Origin: Anthoceros angustus | Lineage: Eukaryota; Plantae; Anthocerotophyta | NCBI GenBank assembly: GCA_010909165.1 | Contig: MU008162.1 | Coordinates: forward strand, 744,001-808,000 | Length of the DNA: 64,000 nt | Reading direction: 5' to 3' | Shown here: positions 58,140-64,000 of the stretch, in pieces | Position numbering within the stretch: the first letter of the stretch is position 1 | Layout: the number at the start of each line of letters is the position of its first letter | Position numbers and translations under genes: made by a program | The notes under the pieces: model-generated | Databases searched by the model: none | Told to the model about the DNA's origin: nothing | The model's input: the letters and a program-made list of their open reading frames with translations, nothing else

Positions 58140-60000
58140 GGGGTGCTGGGCACACACCTATCTGATGAAGCATCTGGAAGACATATCTCCATCGAAGGCG
58201 GATACCAATGGATGGAAGCCCATGTATTGTGGGCTCACTTTACCGAGATGAGGGTTCCGCCACCACCACAACACTATGTCGACAAGCGGCGGAAGATGAA
58301 TTTCATTGAGCAAGTAAGGTACTGTAGATGAGTTGCGATTGCAAAGAGAGATGGTGTCAATATGAGCATGAACTGGAAGTTCAACTTTGTATAAGGTGCT
58401 AGGCTTGATAGATGATGATGAGGCCGAGAGGATGAGCAAGATAAGCAAAACAAGGTCGACAATCGCACACACATATCCTTTGCATCGCCAAACCGAAGGG
58501 AGAGTGTGGGAAAATGTTGATAAGATCTTCACGAAGTGGGAGGCCATGGAGTTGCAGAACAAGCCAAACATGTTGTCACAGGAACAAGCAAGAAAAGCAA
58601 GGGAAGGCTGCGGATGAGGCGAAGTCGGTGGACCAAAGTTTGTGAAGCCAAAAGACATGCAAGGAAGCCTTGGCGAAGTTTTCGTGGTATTCCACCGGGT
58701 GAGACGGCCAAAAATGTTGATCGATGTCACCGAGAAGGTCGACAGTCTCATAGACCTCAATGGTATGGCCAAAGAGATCACTCTTGGAAGAAACTACATG
58801 TGATCCAAGTGGCTATGGCGAAGCATCTAGGCTGCAATTCATTCGAGATGGTGAGGAAGGAGTACGGTGCACTCAACGGATGAAGTCACGATTTGCACCG
58901 CTCAAGGGAAGGTGAGTTTCTTATTCTTACCAAGATAGAACTAAGAGGCGGGCATGCAGCGCCCTCCCTATTGTCCCCGCAATCGACTTTCGCAATCTCA
59001 CTTATGTGTGTTATTTTGCAGCAAGTTAAAGATGTTGAAGACCAAAAGCTACCAAGATTTCCGTGCTTTTATATTAGAGGTCCACACATGGAAAGGGCTG
59101 GAGGATGAGCAGAGGGCACTTGCGGACATGGACATGGAGGAAGGGCTGCAATCTTTATGCCCAAAACAGAGGAGTTAGTGAAGTATCAAGTGGTGCAGAG
59201 ATGTGGCGTAAATGAGAGGGTTTCTTTGAGTCAAGTATACAAGGTTATGGATGTCCCTAGATTCAACAAGGGAAGTATGATGTCAAACTTGAGCAAGAAA
59301 TGGCAAACATATTTCATTCCTTCCATGATATGACAATGTGCGACGAGATCAGAATGATAGTAATGCATGGTGTGGAAGAGCTGCATATTGTCAGGGAGAG
59401 TATGAGGAAGTGGTGTGCAGGTGGAGGCATGGTCTCATTTGTTTGGGACAAAACTAATATGCACAATGACCAAGGAGGCTTTGACACTGTGGAGTACATC
59501 ACTGTGGGGTGGGGTGTGACGTGCACGAGCAAGAAGACAAAGGTGTCCATGCTGCCGAATACCTTGCAGGGCTCTTTCAATAATGGACGAGCGGTTATTG
59601 CACACGACGCTGTGGTGAAGAAGTTATTATACATGTCGCCGACAAGCGGTTGTTTCCGCGATCGAGGCCACCGGGTCTAATGATGAAGTTGATCAAGAAC
59701 TTCTCAGAAGGAGATTGGATATTAGATGCATGTGGAGTGGAACAACGACATTAGCGGCACTCCTTTGTGGCCGAAATTGCATTGCCGTGGAGGTTGACAA
59801 ACGCTGTGCCGAGTTCATTCCGCAAAGGATTCATGGCTATGAAGTTTTACCGGACGCAGAGGAGGAGTTGACCCATGAGCCACACCGAGGCCCCACCCAC
59901 CTCGGGCAAAAGAATTGAGCTTGTCCGAGAAGGATGCATCCCGAGCCCGTAGTCCCACTTGGGTTGAGCAGATGAAAGAGAAGACGGAGATCTTATAGAT
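58140..60000 (+). pseudogene. Gene with a C-terminal beta-class N6-adenine/N4-cytosine DNA methyltransferase domain (N6_N4_Mtase-like), 5'-truncated, apparent frameshifts
   Basis: In order: motif IV-like VMDVP(R) at 59244-59261; FVWDK...VEYITVGW (ORF 59300..59680); RPPGLMMKLIKNFS-EGDWILDAC-GSGTTTLAALLCGRNCIAVEVDKRCAEFI.QRI at ~59665-59832. Putative GT-AG intron at 58912-59021. Confidence 0.75.
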
Positions 60001-60639
60001 GATCGCCAAACCGTCTGCATTGTGGCATCCCGACTATTTGGAGAAGAGCAAGGAGGATGCGGTCGATATGGAAATGCTATGGTCGAAAACGACAATTTCG
60101 AGGATCCCGAGGATGCTCGACCAAGGACGGAAGTTGTGTTAGATAGCGTGTCGGGACAATGCCTCCGAGCTCCCCTCAAGCCGAGAATCCTCGAGGGAAG
60201 TGAGTCTAGTTTAGTTTTGAAAGTTCCATAACCGCATGGTTAGAATTAGACAGGCCGCATGCCGCCTGCCTCCTTCTTTAACTATGAGCGACATTGTTAT
60301 TCGTTTTGTCAAGGATGACTTCTGTTGACGGCTGCAAAATATCCATAGAGCTCGTTTCACACCTATAAGACATTCGTCGTGCACCGTACGAGAGGTCCAG
60401 AATGCACCAACATACCCACATTCGTGTGAAAGCACCCACAAAACGGGGATGCGCAAACTGAAGCACTAAACTTGCAGACTACCGGACTGGATGGGGAACC
60501 CGAATTTGGTCCCGGGTTTTCGAAAGCGGGTTCGTATATTCCGCCGGTTCAAATATTATGGTGTTCATGAGTGCCATGATCTGTCAGGTCATAGTGAGAG
60601 AGTTCATAAGTGTCCTCACTATCTTCAGGTGTGGGAACA

Positions 60640-61880
60640 TGAGTGTGTGCTCCCACTGACGCCCAAGTACTGGTTTCATCAAATGTAACACTCCGAGCAT
60701 AGATGACTCTATTGGTAGGGACATCATATAGCTTGTAAGCTTTAATCCCTCTCAGATACCCCAAAGATAAGCAATGCATGACTTATCCGACAGCCATCGC
60801 TTCGCTTAGGGATGAAGGCATATGCTAGACACCAAGGTCCTCAAGTGTTGAATAGAGGGCTTCTCAGAAAAGCCTCATAAGGAGTTTTGCCTTCAAGCTG
60901 CGGTGGTGGGTAACCTGCTCGAGAAAAGTTGAAGTCATCACCAAGAGGGTAGTGGCAAATGAGCATCATGTAACAATGAGGAGACCATCTCTCGCAATGT
61001 GAGATTCAAGCGCCCGCCACTCCATTCCGTGGAGTGTATATACGAGTTGGCCCAATGCCTTCGCCTTTACGTAATCTGGAATTCATTAGATGTAAATTCC
61101 CGCCATTATCGATCTCGTGTCTTGAGTCGCTTTTCCGCCCAACGCTCATAATTTGATGTATTCCTTGAAGTAGGAGAAACATTCGCTTTTGTTCTTCGTG
61201 ATATAGGTGGTGACAACCGCTTCTTGTCATCAGAACGTTAGAAAATAACGCCCACCTCCTATGGACGCTTGAGATAAGGGTCCACATAGGTCAAGATGTA
61301 CAAGCTCAAGGAGATCATCGACGATGAGGTGCTTTGTTCTTGAAGGCGACTTGGTGTTTCTTCGACAACACACAAGCCTCACATAAAGGTATGGCGGTCA
61401 AAGGGCCAATAGGTCCATCTTTATACAGTCACTCACCAATTTTTGCAGCTTTGCCATGAGGGTGACCCAAACGTGCATGCCACAACTTAGACTTTGCTGT
61501 TTGTTGTGCAGATGCAAGGGAGACGTCTTGTGTCAGGTGGGACTCTGCTATTCCACTGTGCAAATGGAGACGGAATAGATCGTGGTCCGAAGACCCATGT
61601 GCAAGGACCTTTCTAGTGTCAATAGCATCGATAATTCTACAATCTGTCCTAGTGAATACAACGTGACTGTTGTTATCTGCATTTAATCGTCTGACTGAAA
61701 TAAGGTTTCTAGTCATTTCTGGCACATAGTAGACTTCTAACAACATGAGTGTGATCCCTGTAGGAACTAGCAACTCAAGCGTACGCGACCGGTGAGACTA
61801 GAGACTGTCGTCCCCAAGGTAAACATACCGATCCGAAAAGACCTATATGTTTTGAAAGCATTTCTATCAAAGCGGATGTG
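60640..61880 (-). mobile_element. Ty1/Copia pol fragment (protease-adjacent domain, GAG-pre-integrase, integrase), degenerate
   Basis: VYYVPEMTRNLISV, LWHARLGHP, YTPRNGVA (compare YTPQQNGVAE) and CLSLGY..GIKAYKLYD...VIYARSVTFDE. Confidence 0.85.
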
Positions 61881-62399
61881 CGTGCACTTTTGTATCTAAA
61901 TACCATTCATCTATTGGTTTTGATTAGCTTTGGCGAGAAGGCAAGTGGGAAGCGACAATGGACTATGAATTCCCTAGTCCCAAAGAGGGGAGAGGGGGGC
62001 GGCGGCATGGGTGGGGAGCCTGGCCTCAACATATCTAACACGGTGAGGAGGAGTGGTGGAGTGACTTGGGAGGATCAAGAGGAGATCGCAACTATTGTGG
62101 ACAATAACATCGGCCTTTGTCTCGAAAAGACGATTGGAAGTGGTATGTGATCTGCGGCAGATGCACTTGTACCCAAGTTCCGGAGGAGGCTATATTGGGC
62201 GAAGCCTTATTGCGAGGCGTGCCTCCACGGACATGTACTTGGGAGCTTACAGTGTGGAAGAGGCGAACAAGAGGTCGGCGGATGAATGGTGACATCATGG
62301 AGATAAAAAAGGTATGTTTATTGTCACCCCTTGTGAGGGGACACTCACAACACAGGCATTACAGGTTGCAAAGGTCTTGAGTGTGCACATGACCGATGA

Positions 62400-64000
62400 C
62401 CCCTACTTCTGGTGCAGTGGCCAGGAGCACCTGAGATGCATACGAGGGCAAGTATGTCGGGAATACTTTGTTAGGACCGGGAGGACAGAGAACTACCTCC
62501 TACCAACAAAGGTGCAAAAGCATGGAAGCCTCCCAACATTGAGTTGTTTGTCCATAAGGCGGTCATTGTGTACTATGGGTTCAATCTCACTTCTAGGAAA
62601 CATCATGCTGGCGGATAAAAAGCTATCAAAGAAGTTAAGTGCCCTCCGTCCCCATCTTCAACCACTCCCTCGTGTGGGCGGAGGATGATGGGGATAGCGA
62701 GTCTTGGGCATGGAGAACCCGACGGTCTCGAGTCGGTGAGGAGTGAATAACCCGGCTTGAAATATATTCCGATCATGGTCCGCTCCTAAGAACTTATGGC
62801 ACAACCCTTTGTAACACCTTTGCGATGGCATGCCGCACTCCTTCCGACCACATTTTGTGCGTCTATTCCTAGTGGCCCCTTCCATTGTCGGCTGCCATGG
62901 CTCTGTTATTAGTGGATTCGTTTAATGGTGGCGCCAACCCAATGTTTCCGTGAAACTTGGCAGCCCCTTTCGAGCAGTATGCCAAATTGTGGTTTTGTTG
63001 AGGGTTCACGGGAACATGGTACACTACAAGAGATTTCTCCGCTCACGGATATCAAAAACCATGTTGGACTGTTTGGTGCAGGAATGGCTAAGGGCCTTTC
63101 GCAAGGTGTGCATGCGATGGCGCATCACTGGCGATCGCGTTATGATGGTTTCTCACCTTTCTACCATAGAGGAACCGCACATTTTCCATACCTTGCCACC
63201 GTAAATGTGAACCCGAGATGCAAAAGTGGATTCCATTCCTTGATAAGACAATACTCCATCCTGTGCGATCCTTTTCCTTTCTGTCCTTAGAGCTAGCGTG
63301 GTTGTAGGTCCAATCTCATTTGGAATAAAAGACAAGAACTCCAGCCATCTTCTGTTTCCCATAACGGTGAGGTCGAATCTTTTACTCCGAATAAGCAGTT
63401 ACTTTCCTCCCAGCGTGTGTTGGTATGATAGATTGTTTAGCTTGCGAACATGACTTTAAACTTCCTGCAGCCTTTCCTGCTTCAAAGGCAGACGAAAGAA
63501 GCAGTCGGAACCTCAGTCGGGACCTTCACTGGGTTTGGCGTGAAAGCCTTGCTCAATATATCCCGCATGACGGGAAGAGTTTTTGCCTCTTTGTGCTTCA
63601 AATGTTTGGAAAAACATGAGAACATTTGGTCCACTGGTCATGTGTGTGACCTACAAGAAGAAAGCCCACCTTCACTTTTTCAAAAGTCCTCACCCACGAG
63701 CATATTCGATAAGCAAATGAGCTTGATTCTTGTTCTCCGACATGTGTTGTCCAAATTGCAAATATAGAACCTTGGAAGTAAGCCAACATATGTATGTATC
63801 ACATCTTGGATAATGCATATGGTTAAATTAGCATCATTCCAAATTTGCGAGAGTGTGATACGCCTGACTTGAACGTGATTGTGGATCATACACCCCACCA
63901 CATGGACAAGAATACACTTCTTCCTTTAGCTCCTTAGGCCATCTAAGTATATGCGGTAAGGATGTTTTTTCGATCCATGCCATCGATACATAACAACATG
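62400..64000 (-). mobile_element. CACTA (TnpD/Tnp2-like) transposase, C-terminal part, degenerate, continuing beyond the right edge
   Basis: Minus-strand remnants in the correct order: KHPYR...DG (~63960), IIQDVIHT (compare DVMHI, ~63800), VKVPT...SLKS (compare VKVPxGY...GLKSHD, ~63520-63450), KMCG (compare GP, ~63180) and MHTLRK (~63105). The left boundary is approximate. Confidence 0.55.

Noticed and set aside
58140-60000. Bacterial contamination as the source of the methyltransferase
   Set aside because: It is contiguous with plant F-box repeats and Copia/CACTA sequence, has a plausible spliceosomal intron, shares the indel pattern of the flanking repeats, and has no operon context.

Overview
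Eukaryotic nuclear DNA from a compact-genome, non-seed land plant. A hornwort is my best guess (inference), based on ~80-200 bp introns, dense genes and a WW-type PLS-PPR gene. The window has three zones. (1) 1-14.3 kb is a transposon nest: a CRE/R2-like non-LTR element, a Ty3/Gypsy element with unusual AGTAAC...TTACT LTR ends, a non-autonomous CACTA element inserted in it, and two microhomology-joined tandem duplications. (2) 14.9-40.8 kb is a clean gene island: AP-3 delta, an intronless CDPK with two dead EF-hands, a zinc-knuckle orphan, a serine carboxypeptidase, an ICL/PEP-mutase-family lyase, DUF212, RPL38, a LAG1 ceramide synthase, a PLS-PPR with a decayed DYW:WW tail, and a coiled-coil protein. 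(3) 41-64 kb is a repeat block: three ~4.35 kb F-box-containing units (the third carrying a 4,265 bp TG...CA insertion), a frameshifted gene with a bacterial-style beta-class N6-A/N4-C DNA methyltransferase domain, a Copia fragment and a CACTA transposase. The best candidate for a new system is the amino-methyltransferase lying tail-to-tail with the CACTA transposase. Repeat copies differ mainly by small indels at CG/CHG sites, which looks like long-read error on methylated DNA, so several apparent pseudogenes may be intact. All calls are by eye; no database searches were run.
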